This document shows positions 29,730-39,242 of a stretch of DNA of 64,000 nucleotides, piece after piece (position 1 is the stretch's first letter; the number at the start of each line of letters is the position of its first letter). The stretch spans positions 3,469-67,468 of the forward strand of contig WRDR01000006.1 of assembly GCA_009779745.1 (NCBI GenBank), in the 5' to 3' direction. The notes beneath the pieces were generated by a model that saw nothing but the letters and a program-made list of their open reading frames with translations, had not been told where the DNA came from and did no database searches. The translations under genes and the position numbers were made by a program. Source of the DNA: Alphaproteobacteria bacterium (GTDB lineage Bacteria; Pseudomonadota; Alphaproteobacteria; UBA9219).

Positions 29730-30668
29730 TTAACTCCTCAACTTCCTAATAATATCATCAAGCTGATCCAAGTCAGTATAATATATAGTCATTGTACCGG
29801 ATTTGCCTTTAGGAGCTATTTTAATTTTCAGACCTATAACACGTTCTATCTCTTTTTCCAATGCCAGAGTGTCCGCATTCCGCTGTTCCGTAGAGCTATG
29901 TTTTTTATGTATCTGAGGATTTTCTTGACTCTTTTTCGCCAGAGTCTCTGCCTGCCTAACGTTTAACCCTTTTTTAACTATTTCCAAGGCCAGTTTCATA
30001 GGATTGTCCGCCACTACTACGGCGCGCGCATGACCTACTGTTATTTTGCCCTCTAACAGCATATCTTTTACTCCTTCAGGCAACCCTAGCAACCGCATCA
30101 TATTGGTAATATACGGGCGGCTCTTTCCTACTATCTTTGAAAGAGCGTCCTGAGTATGCCCGAATTCCTCTATCAGCCTTTTATAGCCCTCTGCCTCTTC
30201 CAGCGGAGACAACTCTTCTCTTTGTATATTCTCGATAATCCCGAATTCCATAGCCTCTCTGTCCGAGAGGTTTTTCACCAGAACAGGCACATTATGCAGC
30301 CCTGCCAGCTGCGCCGCGCGCCAGCGTCTTTCTCCGGCTACTATTTCGTATCTGTTTTTTTCATTTTTAAACGGTCTTACTATCAGAGGTTCCAGAATGC
30401 CCCTCTCCTGCATGGAAGCTGCCAGCTCCTTCATAGCTCCTTCTTCAAAATACCTTCTGGGCTGAAACTGTCCGGACTGCAGCCACCCGGTAGGTATCTT
30501 TTGCAGCTCGCTTTTTTCAACGCTGGCTTGAACAACAGAAGTTTTCTCTCCCGCATTATAAGAAGTGTCCACGTCTCCTAGTAATGCAGAAAGCCCTCTT
30601 CCCAACGGGGACGGTTTAACAGCAGGATTAGCCATATCTTTCTCCTCTTTCATTTTCCATTTCTTCAC
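29730..30668 (-). CDS. parB: chromosome partitioning protein ParB
   Basis: 'GERRWRAA' ParB box and HTH in a 312 aa ORF. True start may be the internal Met near 30635. Confidence 0.9.
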   Translation of the reverse strand: MKKWKMKEEKDMANPAVKPSPLGRGLSALLGDVDTSYNAGEKTSVVQASVEKSELQKIPTGWLQSGQFQPRRYFEEGAMKELAASMQERGILEPLIVRPFKNEKNRYEIVAGERRWRAAQLAGLHNVPVLVKNLSDREAMEFGIIENIQREELSPLEEAEGYKRLIEEFGHTQDALSKIVGKSRPYITNMMRLLGLPEGVKDMLLEGKITVGHARAVVVADNPMKLALEIVKKGLNVRQAETLAKKSQENPQIHKKHSSTEQRNADTLALEKEIERVIGLKIKIAPKGKSGTMTIYYTDLDQLDDIIRKLRS

Positions 30669-31446
30669 TCTCTATAAACTCTCTTTTAATAAACTCACTT
30701 GCAAGCTGCATGTACGCCTTAGAGCCTGAACATCTTAAATCATATAAAAGTACAGGCTTACCGTAAGACGGAGCTTCCGAGACTCTCACATTTCTGGGGA
30801 TAACCGTATCGTAAGTTTTTTCTTTGAAAAATGTCCTTACATCTTTAGAAACAGCGTCCGAAAGGCTGTTTCTTTTATCATACATAGTTAAGACAACGCC
30901 CTGAATATAGAGTCCCGGATTAAATCTGACTCTTACTGCTTCTATTGTTTGTAAAAGGCTGGAGACTCCCTCAAGAGCGTAAAATTCCGGCTGCAAAGGT
31001 ATCAAAATGGAATGCGAGGCTATCAGCGCATTAAGAGTTATAAGATTCAAAGAAGGAGGACAATCTATTAAAATAATATCATAATCTTCAGAACTTCGAG
31101 TAAGAGCATCTTTCATTCTGAACTCTCGCCCGGGAGTATTTACAAGCTGTATCTCTGCACCGGCCAGATCCGTAGAAGACGTAACAATATGGAGGTTCGG
31201 AACCGGAGTCATCTGAACGACATTTTCTACAGCCAGCCCGTCAAACATGAGTTCATAACAGCCGGGACCTCTGGCAGACCGTACAAGCCCCAATCCGGTG
31301 GAAGCATTTCCCTGAGGGTCAGCATCAACCACCAGCACCTTTTTTCCTATAGCCGCCAGAGCAGTCGCCAAGTTTACGGCAGTAGTCGTCTTCCCTACTC
31401 CGCCTTTTTGGTTTACTATAGATATGATTTTACAATCTGCGTTCAT
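30628..31446 (-). CDS. parA: chromosome partitioning ATPase ParA/Soj
   Basis: Deviant Walker A 'KGGVGKTTTAVNLA' in a 272 aa ORF. Confidence 0.9.
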   Translation of the reverse strand: MNADCKIISIVNQKGGVGKTTTAVNLATALAAIGKKVLVVDADPQGNASTGLGLVRSARGPGCYELMFDGLAVENVVQMTPVPNLHIVTSSTDLAGAEIQLVNTPGREFRMKDALTRSSEDYDIILIDCPPSLNLITLNALIASHSILIPLQPEFYALEGVSSLLQTIEAVRVRFNPGLYIQGVVLTMYDKRNSLSDAVSKDVRTFFKEKTYDTVIPRNVRVSEAPSYGKPVLLYDLRCSGSKAYMQLASEFIKREFIESEEMENERGERYG

Positions 31447-31451
31447 TCTCT

Positions 31452-31545
31452 TTTGTCATTCCGGCTGTCATTCCCGCGAAGGCGGGAACGGGAATAGGGT
31501 CCTCCAACAAAAATTCAAAACTTCGCTTGGCGAAGTTTTTCAATA
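31452..31545. repeat. MITE-like composite repeat, copy 2. Its second hairpin (AAAACTTCGCTTGGCGAAGTTTT) encodes the last 7 aa and the stop codon of rsmG
   Basis: Core 'tgtcattcccgcgaaggcgggaa' at 31466-31488. The rsmG C-terminus 'KLRQAKF*' reads through the hairpin. Confidence 0.75.
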
Positions 31546-32195
31546 ATAACAATCCGCCCTGTATCGGACGTTTTCGAGGGTATCAGTCTTTCGTCAAAAG
31601 TCCAGTACTTTTTCGCTTCTAAGAGCTCTTCCTGTACCCTTTCACCTTTAAGAAAAATAAGCATAGTGTCTTTATGTGAGATTTTGGAAGAATATTTGAA
31701 CAGCTCATTCATGGGCTTCAAGGCTCTTGCAGTTATAATGTCGTATTTTTTATTAACTATAGCCTCTATTCTATGGTTCCGGACTATTACGTTCAGATTG
31801 AGGGTTTTAACCATATGACTTAAAAAAAGAGCTTTTTTCTTGATGCTTTCTATAGCTTCTATTTTGATATTTGCGTTTTTCTGTTTTGCCAGAATTGCCA
31901 GTACTAAACTTGGAAAACCCGCCCCTGCCCCAAGGTCAGCTATGCTGACAACCTTCTCATTTTCCATTTTCCATTTTCCATTTTCCACTAAAAGAGGGTA
32001 TAGCTGTGCACTATCCAAAAAGTGCCTCTCGTATATATGCGGTATCGTGCCGCCGGAAACTAAATTCATTCTCTCATTCCAAGAGACGAGATTTTTCTCA
32101 AACTCTATAAAATCATTTATAGAAAATTCCTCTCCGGTAACTTCCGCCAGTCTTTTTTCAAATTCTTCTATTTCGTTCATTTTTTCGTTCACCAT
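31515..32195 (-). CDS. rsmG: 16S rRNA (guanine527-N7)-methyltransferase RsmG, carrying an in-frame heptamer-repeat insert
   Basis: SAM motif 'ADLGAGAGFPS'. The insert 'ENGKWKMENEK' is encoded by (TGGAAAA)x4. Confidence 0.8.
   Translation of the reverse strand: MVNEKMNEIEEFEKRLAEVTGEEFSINDFIEFEKNLVSWNERMNLVSGGTIPHIYERHFLDSAQLYPLLVENGKWKMENEKVVSIADLGAGAGFPSLVLAILAKQKNANIKIEAIESIKKKALFLSHMVKTLNLNVIVRNHRIEAIVNKKYDIITARALKPMNELFKYSSKISHKDTMLIFLKGERVQEELLEAKKYWTFDERLIPSKTSDTGRIVIIEKLRQAKF
31953..31987. repeat. (TTTTCCA)x4 plus one degenerate unit, in-frame inside rsmG
   Basis: Counted directly at 31960-31987. Confidence 0.85.
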
Positions 32196-32245
32196 GAAAC
32201 TTTATGAGTCAATTCAACAAGTTAACAAATGGTTAAAATCCTCCC

Positions 32246-34096
32246 TCATTCTACTTTCCTCTTTACAAATCTCAACAACGCCACTACAGCCGCCGGCGTC
32301 ATTCCCGGTATTCTCGAAGCAGCCCCTAGTGTTCTCGGCTTTATTTTACTAAGCTTTTGCTTCAATTCAGTAGACAAACTGCCGACCGCCTCTAAATCCA
32401 AATCCTCCGGCAAAACTAGGTTTTCATCTCTCTTAAAAGCCTTGATGTCCTGCTCCTGCCTGCTTACATAGCCCCTGTATTTAGCCTCTGTTTCTATCTG
32501 TTCTCTTATATCAACACCTATACTGGCAAGCTCCGGCCACTTATTCAACAACTGTTCGAATTCTATGTACGGGTATGACAATAAATCAAACGCAGACCTT
32601 ATAACTCCGTCCGAATTCACCTTTATCCCATGGGCTGTCAGCTTATTGGGCGAATCCTTGCACCTATCCGTTAAATCTCTGGCAGCAGCTAATTTATCCA
32701 TTTTCCCATAAAAAGCCCCTGCCCGCCTCTCACCTACACAGCCTATGCTTATTCCCTCTGGAGTCAGCCTTTTATCCGCATTATCAGAACGCATGGTCAG
32801 CCTATATTCCGCTCTGGAAGTAAACATTCTGTACGGATCTGTCACACCTTTTAAAATTAAATCATCTATCATTACTCCGATGTATCCCTGCGACCGGTCT
32901 ATTACTAATTCCCCTTTTCCCAGCACTCTAAGAGCTGCATTCAGCCCCGCCATTATTCCTTGAGCCGCAGCCTCTTCATATCCGGTTGTCCCATTAATCT
33001 GTCCGGCAAAATACAAATTTTCTACCGGTTTCGTCTCCAGAGTCGGCTTTAGCTCTCTGGGATCACAATAATCATATTCTATAGCATACCCGAATTGCTC
33101 TATTTTCACACTCTCCAGTCCGACAATACTATGTATAAACGCATCTTGGATTTCTATAGGCAAGGACGTAGATATTCCGTTCGGATACACTGTGCCGGTA
33201 TCCAGTCCCTCCGGCTCTAGGAATATCTGATGGCTCTTTTTATCGGCGAATCTTACTACTTTGTCCTCTATGGACGGACAGTACCGCGGACCTATGCTTT
33301 TTATCTGCCCCGAATACATAGGCGCAAGATGCAGATTGCTTTTTATAATCTCCAGCGCCTTATCCGTAGTTCTGGTTATCCCGCATTCTATTTGTTTATT
33401 GGTTATTTCTTTGGTCATAAAAGAAAAGACCGGAGGCGGATTATCTCCGGCCTGCATTTGAACTGCCTCCCAGTTAATGCTCTTTCCGTCCAGTCTTGCC
33501 GGAGTGCCGGTCTTGAGCCGCCCTAATACAAACCCGTGCTTTTCTAAGGAAAGGCTAAGTCCTTTGGACGGCGACTCCCCTATTCTGCCCCCCTCTTTTG
33601 TTTCCAGTCCCTGATGCAGGATTCCTCTTAAAAAAGTCCCTGTAGTAACAATTACTGTTTGAGAAAATATTTCTTCATTATTATCTGTTTTTACGCCTAT
33701 GGCCCTTCCTCCTTTGACCATAATTTCTTCAACAGAAGCCTGTTTAATGATTAGGTTTTCTTTCTCGCTTAGTATCTTTTTCACTGCCTTCTTATACAGT
33801 TTTCTGTCTTCCTGCGCTCTTATTCCCTGAACAGCAGGACCTTTGCTGCTGTTCAGCATTCTGAACTGAATGCCGCCCATATCCGCAGCCCTTCCCATTA
33901 GCCCGTCAAGCGCATCTATTTCTCTTACTAAATGCCCCTTCCCCAGCCCTCCTATGGCAGGATTACAGGACATTTCGCCAAGAGTCTCTGTTCTTTGAGT
34001 AATCAACAGGACGCTGACACCCATTCTGGCAACAGCGTATGCAGCCTCACACCCGGCGTGTCCCCCGCCTATAACTATTACTGAAAATTTTTCCAT
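32246..34096 (-). CDS. mnmG: tRNA uridine 5-carboxymethylaminomethyl modification enzyme MnmG (GidA)
   Basis: FAD-binding '[12 protein letters not shown]' in a 616 aa ORF. Confidence 0.95.
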   Translation of the reverse strand: MEKFSVIVIGGGHAGCEAAYAVARMGVSVLLITQRTETLGEMSCNPAIGGLGKGHLVREIDALDGLMGRAADMGGIQFRMLNSSKGPAVQGIRAQEDRKLYKKAVKKILSEKENLIIKQASVEEIMVKGGRAIGVKTDNNEEIFSQTVIVTTGTFLRGILHQGLETKEGGRIGESPSKGLSLSLEKHGFVLGRLKTGTPARLDGKSINWEAVQMQAGDNPPPVFSFMTKEITNKQIECGITRTTDKALEIIKSNLHLAPMYSGQIKSIGPRYCPSIEDKVVRFADKKSHQIFLEPEGLDTGTVYPNGISTSLPIEIQDAFIHSIVGLESVKIEQFGYAIEYDYCDPRELKPTLETKPVENLYFAGQINGTTGYEEAAAQGIMAGLNAALRVLGKGELVIDRSQGYIGVMIDDLILKGVTDPYRMFTSRAEYRLTMRSDNADKRLTPEGISIGCVGERRAGAFYGKMDKLAAARDLTDRCKDSPNKLTAHGIKVNSDGVIRSAFDLLSYPYIEFEQLLNKWPELASIGVDIREQIETEAKYRGYVSRQEQDIKAFKRDENLVLPEDLDLEAVGSLSTELKQKLSKIKPRTLGAASRIPGMTPAAVVALLRFVKRKVE

Positions 34097-34167
34097 CTTT
34101 CTTTTTTAAAAATTTTGTTTATGCTCTAATAAAATACAGCATGATTTATACAACGGGTGTTTAGGTT

Positions 34168-35391
34168 ATGAAAGATAAAAATTTCTCATCACTGATAGAC
34201 AATGCAGCCCTTGGCATGGCTGTATTTCAGGATTTTAAGCCTGTTTATGCGAATGCATTCTTTTCTAAACTGTTCGGATACAAAAATTCAAAGGATTTTT
34301 TGAAAATCTCTCATCTTAAGGATATTATATCTAAAGACTCTTGGGATTTGTTTACGTCCGATAAAGACAACCTTACTCTAAGAGTCAAGGGCATCAAAAA
34401 GAACAAAACAGAATTTAGGGTTTCCGTTACTAAACAGCTTACTGACTTTGAAGGCAAAGAATCTGTATTTTTTACTGCTGTGGATATTACTTCTCAGGTA
34501 GAAATGGAGCACCTTTTACTGGAAAATGAACATCGGCTTCGTTCTGTTCTTGAGGTCCTGCCCTATCCCATATACATCGCCAGAAAGAATGACGGCAGGA
34601 TTCTTTTTGTAAACAGAAAATTTTGTTTATTATTCAAACAGAGTCCTTCAAAACTTTTACATTCCTCTTCGGAATCTCTGTATGTGGATACTAAAGACAG
34701 AGACCATTTACATAAGTTGTTTGAGAGTGTGAATGATATAACCGATATGGAAGTTAAGATGAAAACTTCTGCCGGCACGGTTTTCTCTGCCGAGCTTGCA
34801 TCTATACTGGTCAATTACAATAACGAGAACGCTTTCATAGTAGCTATAAACGATATATCTCAGAGAAAGAGGCTGGAGCAGGAGTTATTTCATCAAGCAT
34901 CTACCGATCACCTTACCGGAATAAACAACAGAGGGTATTTTTATAGCATGGCGGAACAGGAAGTTCAGCGTTCCAAGAGGTTTGTGAGAGATACATCTGC
35001 GATAATGATAGATATAGATCACTTTAAGCTGTTTAATGATACGTATGGTCATGCCATAGGGGATAAAGTTATAAATTTTGTAGTGAAGAGCATAATGAAT
35101 ATTTTGAGGCAGTCTGACATTGTGGGCAGAGTGGGGGGCGAAGAATTCGCAGCTATTCTGCCGGAGACAAATCTGGAAGGAGCGTATCTGGTAGCGGAGA
35201 GGATTCGGGAATACGTAGAGAGTAAAAACATATCTGTTGAAGATAAAAAATTATTGTGCACCGTGAGTATAGGAGCGGCTCAGTTATCAGCCGGCGATGC
35301 TAATTTTGATGATTTAATAAAGAGAGCGGACGAGGCTTTATACGAGGCAAAAAACAGCGGACGTAACAAAGTAGTGGTTTATAATGGTTAA
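34168..35391 (+). CDS. PAS-domain diguanylate cyclase (GGDEF)
   Basis: 'RVGGEEFAAILPE' GG(D/E)EF active site with N-terminal PAS-like repeats. Confidence 0.8.
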   Translation: MKDKNFSSLIDNAALGMAVFQDFKPVYANAFFSKLFGYKNSKDFLKISHLKDIISKDSWDLFTSDKDNLTLRVKGIKKNKTEFRVSVTKQLTDFEGKESVFFTAVDITSQVEMEHLLLENEHRLRSVLEVLPYPIYIARKNDGRILFVNRKFCLLFKQSPSKLLHSSSESLYVDTKDRDHLHKLFESVNDITDMEVKMKTSAGTVFSAELASILVNYNNENAFIVAINDISQRKRLEQELFHQASTDHLTGINNRGYFYSMAEQEVQRSKRFVRDTSAIMIDIDHFKLFNDTYGHAIGDKVINFVVKSIMNILRQSDIVGRVGGEEFAAILPETNLEGAYLVAERIREYVESKNISVEDKKLLCTVSIGAAQLSAGDANFDDLIKRADEALYEAKNSGRNKVVVYNG

Positions 35392-35813
35392 CAATGCTTT
35401 CTGTGAAACCCGCAGCAAAAACCTGCGAAACATTCATGTATATTTATAAAATACTGTGTATAAGTCGCTTCCTTTTACAAATGCAACAAATACAGCCAAC
35501 ACAATTAATTATTAAATAACATACAATTAAACACAATAATAACTATAATAATAGGTATGTGAAACACGTGCATAAACCACCCAAATTTTACCAACACAAC
35601 TAACACACAATAACAATATATTGTTAATACAATCTTAATAATAGTTACCAACAGCCTTTTCCATTAACAAAAAATTAACACTTTATAAATAATTTGTTAA
35701 TAATTAATAAATAAAAAAGTAACAATTTTAATCCACACATTTAAGACATACAACTAACAACCACATCTTTTAAATTTATTTTTATTATTTTTAAGAAAAA
35801 ATTCAAAAAATTA

Positions 35814-35842
35814 TTGACTGCCTTATCAAACAATGCTATGTT
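35814..35842 (+). promoter_or_regulatory. sigma70-like promoter upstream of rho (TTGACT-N17-TATGTT)
   Basis: Hexamers and 17-nt spacer read directly. Start site would fall near 35850. Confidence 0.4.
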
Positions 35843-35969
35843 CCTACCCAACTCGGATACACTAGTTACCTAATCTAATTTATCTCCGGGTCATATTCTT
35901 ACAAAAAAACGAGCTATATAATCTATCGTTACATAGAATATTATCGTTATCCCCACAATAAGGTTTTTT

Positions 35970-37331
35970 ATGTCTATAATGAATTTACGTGACCTCAAGG
36001 CGAAAACTCCTGTTGAGTTGCTGAAAATGGCAGAACAATACGGAGTCGACAACGCCAGCTCCATGCGCAAACAGGATATGATTTTTGCTATCCTCAAAGC
36101 TGTAGGCGAAACTCAAGACCAAGTAATATCCGGCGAAGGCGTACTCGAAGTCCTTCCTGACGGCTTCGGCTTTTTAAGGTCCCCTGAAGCCAACTATTTA
36201 CCCGGTCCGGACGACATATACGTATCTCCTTCCCAGATTAGAAAACTAAACATGCGCACCGGCGACACAGTCGAATGCGAAATACGCTCTCCAAGAGAAG
36301 GTGAGAAATATTTTGCTCTCGTCAAAGTGAACAAGATTAATTTTGAATTGCCGGAAAAAGCAAGACACAGAATAGGCTTCGACAACCTGACTGCGCTGTA
36401 TCCTAAAGAGCATTTAAAACTCGAAACTCAAGATCCAACCAAAAAAGAATACATCTCTAGGATTATCGATCTCGTATCTCCCCTGGGTAAGGGTCAGAGA
36501 GGGCTGATAGTAGCTCCCCCCAGAACAGGCAAAACAGTTATGATGCAGCAGATAGCTCATTCAATAACTACAAACCACCCGGAAGTATATCTCATAGTTC
36601 TGCTTATTGACGAACGCCCTGAAGAAGTTACGGACATGGCAAGATCAGTTAAAGGAGAAGTTATAAGCTCTACCTTTGACGAGCCTGCTGTACGGCATGT
36701 TCAGGTTGCTGAAATGGTCATAGAAAAAGCCAAAAGGCTTGCGGAGCAAAAAAGGGACGTTGTGATTTTGCTCGACAGTATTACAAGATTAGCCAGAGCC
36801 TACAACACGGTTGTTCCTTCATCTGGAAAAGTGCTGACCGGAGGCGTTGATGCGAATGCTTTGCAAAGACCGAAAAGATTTTTCGGAGCTGCCAGAAACA
36901 TAGAAGAGGGCGGTTCTTTGACGATTATAGCCACGGCATTAATAGACACCGGAAGCAGAATGGACGAAGTGATTTTCGAAGAGTTCAAAGGAACCGGAAA
37001 CTCTGAAATTATTCTGGACAGGAAACTTTCCGACAGAAGAACCTTCCCGTCAATTGATATAACCAGATCCGGAACCAGAAAAGAAGAGATGCTGGTTGAC
37101 AAGGGCACTATGTCCAAGATGTGGGTGCTGAGACGTGTGCTTAGTCCAATGGGCGTGATTGATGCGATGGAATTCCTGCTGGATAAACTGAAGTACTCTA
37201 AGACGAACAGCGATTTCTTTGACAGTATGGGAAATAGTCCGGTCGGCGGGGCAGGAGGCGAAGTTCCTGTTCAGCGGGTAGGACGCGGAAGGTCTTCTTC
37301 ATCTGGGAGTACTAATTCTGATAAGGAGTAA
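35970..37331 (+). CDS. rho: transcription termination factor Rho
   Basis: N-terminal '[14 protein letters not shown]', RecA-like core with Walker A 'PPRTGKT', and an atypical roughly 35-aa RG/S-rich C-terminal tail. Confidence 0.95.
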   Translation: MSIMNLRDLKAKTPVELLKMAEQYGVDNASSMRKQDMIFAILKAVGETQDQVISGEGVLEVLPDGFGFLRSPEANYLPGPDDIYVSPSQIRKLNMRTGDTVECEIRSPREGEKYFALVKVNKINFELPEKARHRIGFDNLTALYPKEHLKLETQDPTKKEYISRIIDLVSPLGKGQRGLIVAPPRTGKTVMMQQIAHSITTNHPEVYLIVLLIDERPEEVTDMARSVKGEVISSTFDEPAVRHVQVAEMVIEKAKRLAEQKRDVVILLDSITRLARAYNTVVPSSGKVLTGGVDANALQRPKRFFGAARNIEEGGSLTIIATALIDTGSRMDEVIFEEFKGTGNSEIILDRKLSDRRTFPSIDITRSGTRKEEMLVDKGTMSKMWVLRRVLSPMGVIDAMEFLLDKLKYSKTNSDFFDSMGNSPVGGAGGEVPVQRVGRGRSSSSGSTNSDKE

Positions 37332-37375
37332 AAAGTGTGGAGTTTTTATAATCTTACATTTTACATTATCTTAAC

Positions 37376-38218
37376 ATGGCCTTTCATATTCACCTAATAT
37401 CCGACTCAACAGGCGAGACTATAGAAAACATAGCCGGCGCATGTCTGGCTCAGTTCGAGGGAGTCGAAGTAAAAAAACACCACTGGCATCTTATAAAGAC
37501 CATGCGTCTTTTGAATACCGTGAAAGAGAACATAAAGAATACTAACTGTCTTGTTTTGTATACGCTTGTGAACACAGACCTTAGATATGATTTAGAGAAG
37601 TTTTGTAAAGACAACAACATTCCGTGTATAGCCGTGTTAAGGTCTGTGCTGATTGGAATGATGGATTTGTTTCAGGCAGAGCCTACTCATAATATCGGAA
37701 GGCAGCACATACTGGACGACAAATATTTTGCCAGAATTGACGCTATAGACTTTACTATGGAGCACGATGACGGGCGGGGAATCGATACCATAGAAAAGGC
37801 GGATATAGTGGTACTCGGAGTATCCCGCACATCAAAAACGCCTACGTGTTTTTATTTGGCGTGCAAGGGATATAAGGCGGCTAATATACCGTTTGTTACC
37901 GGAGTTAATTTGGATTACGTGCGCGAGTTGAAAAATCCTATTATAATTGGGCTTACCAGAGACATGGGGAGCCTGATAGCTATAAGGAAAAACAGGCTTT
38001 TGTCTCTGAATGAAACTCGTGAAACATCGTATACGGAGCCTGAAATGGTTAGGGAAGAGATGCAGGAAGCAAGGAGATTTTTCTCTAAAATCGGGTGTCA
38101 TGTAATAGACGTTTCCAGAAAATCCATAGAAGAAACATCATCTGAGATATTAATGCTGTTGTCTGCGGTTAAGGCAGCCAGAAAACTAAAAGAAGGCAAG
38201 AACGTATTCCCCTCTTAA
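37376..38218 (+). CDS. PEP synthase / pyruvate phosphate dikinase regulatory protein (bifunctional kinase-pyrophosphorylase, DUF299)
   Basis: P-loop 'VVLGVSRTSKTP' in a 280 aa ORF. Confidence 0.75.
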   Translation: MAFHIHLISDSTGETIENIAGACLAQFEGVEVKKHHWHLIKTMRLLNTVKENIKNTNCLVLYTLVNTDLRYDLEKFCKDNNIPCIAVLRSVLIGMMDLFQAEPTHNIGRQHILDDKYFARIDAIDFTMEHDDGRGIDTIEKADIVVLGVSRTSKTPTCFYLACKGYKAANIPFVTGVNLDYVRELKNPIIIGLTRDMGSLIAIRKNRLLSLNETRETSYTEPEMVREEMQEARRFFSKIGCHVIDVSRKSIEETSSEILMLLSAVKAARKLKEGKNVFPS

Positions 38219-38413
38219 TACTCCACACTTTTTCCTTGAATTTCCTCAAAAATTAACACAAAATTAAGAAATGGTTAGTAATTACTTACTTTAGGGGCAA
38301 TAAACTGGTATGACCGGTTGCTTTTATTATATAAATGATGTACTGTGCGTTGTTAGTATAAATACTCATTTATATGTTTATAACTTTTTCACTCTCTTGA
38401 AGGAGACGGCAAT

Positions 38414-39037
38414 ATGATAACTTCGAAAAAAATGCGTTCACAAAAGGGTTTCACCCTGACCGAAATAGCGATTGTTCTCGGTATTATGGGATTGATCTTA
38501 GGTGCTATCTGGACTGCAGCTTCTGCAGTTTATTCTAACAGACGTTCTGAGGAAGCTCAGATAGCTGTTTTACAGGCTGTTCAGGCTGTACGTGTTCTTT
38601 ACTCCACCCAAGCCCAGCTTGATGAGTTAGGAAATATGAACGAGCGTCTTTCTATGGCGGGAGCTTTGCCTAAGAACCTTGTCGTTTACAATAACGACGG
38701 CTCTTTCAAAGACACTGCCGGTCCTTTCCCTAATGGTAAGTTCGAAGTAACCGCAATCGATGAACGGACATTTGCTGTTACTATGTCTTTAGTTCCCAGA
38801 GAGAACTGCATTAACATAATTCCTATTATTGGCGGTAACTCTCGTGATCCCGGGCTTCTCGAAGTCATAGTCTCTCCCAGCACCTCTAGCTATATATCGC
38901 AGCCTCAATGTGCTAATGAGCATCCTATGACACAACCTGCTACGGTTGGCGGTGCTACTACCGGCGGCGACAATACTACAACGGGTCACTGTGCCAGTGC
39001 TATGAACCAAGTTTCTTTCTGTTTCTCACTGAAATAA
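38414..39037 (+). CDS. type IV pilin / pseudopilin
   Basis: Prepilin N-terminus 'KG|FTLTEIAIVLGIMGLILGAIW' and a C-terminal Cys pair 'HCASAMNQVSFC'. No pilus assembly genes nearby. Confidence 0.75.
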   Translation: MITSKKMRSQKGFTLTEIAIVLGIMGLILGAIWTAASAVYSNRRSEEAQIAVLQAVQAVRVLYSTQAQLDELGNMNERLSMAGALPKNLVVYNNDGSFKDTAGPFPNGKFEVTAIDERTFAVTMSLVPRENCINIIPIIGGNSRDPGLLEVIVSPSTSSYISQPQCANEHPMTQPATVGGATTGGDNTTTGHCASAMNQVSFCFSLK

Positions 39038-39062
39038 GAAAAAACTAACGTTGCAAAGAAAG

Positions 39063-39090
39063 CGGGCATCCATTCGGGTGCCCGTTTTTT
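39063..39090 (+). terminator. rho-independent terminator after the pilin gene (stem CGGGCAUCC/GGGUGCCCG, loop AUUC, then T6)
   Basis: Seen in sequence. Confidence 0.7.
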
Positions 39091-39114
39091 ATTTATTCCC
39101 TTTCGCTTTGCTAG

Positions 39115-39237
39115 TTGGGCGGTTGCAACCCCCACGCTGTCATTCCCGCGCAGGCGGGAACAGGGCAATAAAACAAAATTTTAAAACTTCGCTTTGCGAA
39201 GTTTTTCCTTAACTCCACACTCCACACTTCTAATTTC
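39115..39237. repeat. MITE-like composite repeat, copy 3 (core ATTCCCGCGCAGGCGGGAAC, hairpin AAAACTTCGCTTTGCGAAGTTTT, then (ACTCCAC)n)
   Basis: Shares its core and flanks with the copies at 27422, 31452 and 50703. Confidence 0.75.
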
Positions 39238-39242
39238 GCCTT

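Noticed and set aside
38290-38320. Possible sigma54 (-24/-12) promoter 'TGGTATGACCGGTTGCT' upstream of the type IV pilin gene
   Set aside because: The GG to GC spacing is 11 nt rather than the strict 10 nt of the TGGCACG-N4-TTGCW consensus, and the -24 element is TGGTAT, not TGGCAC. It is not good enough to call.
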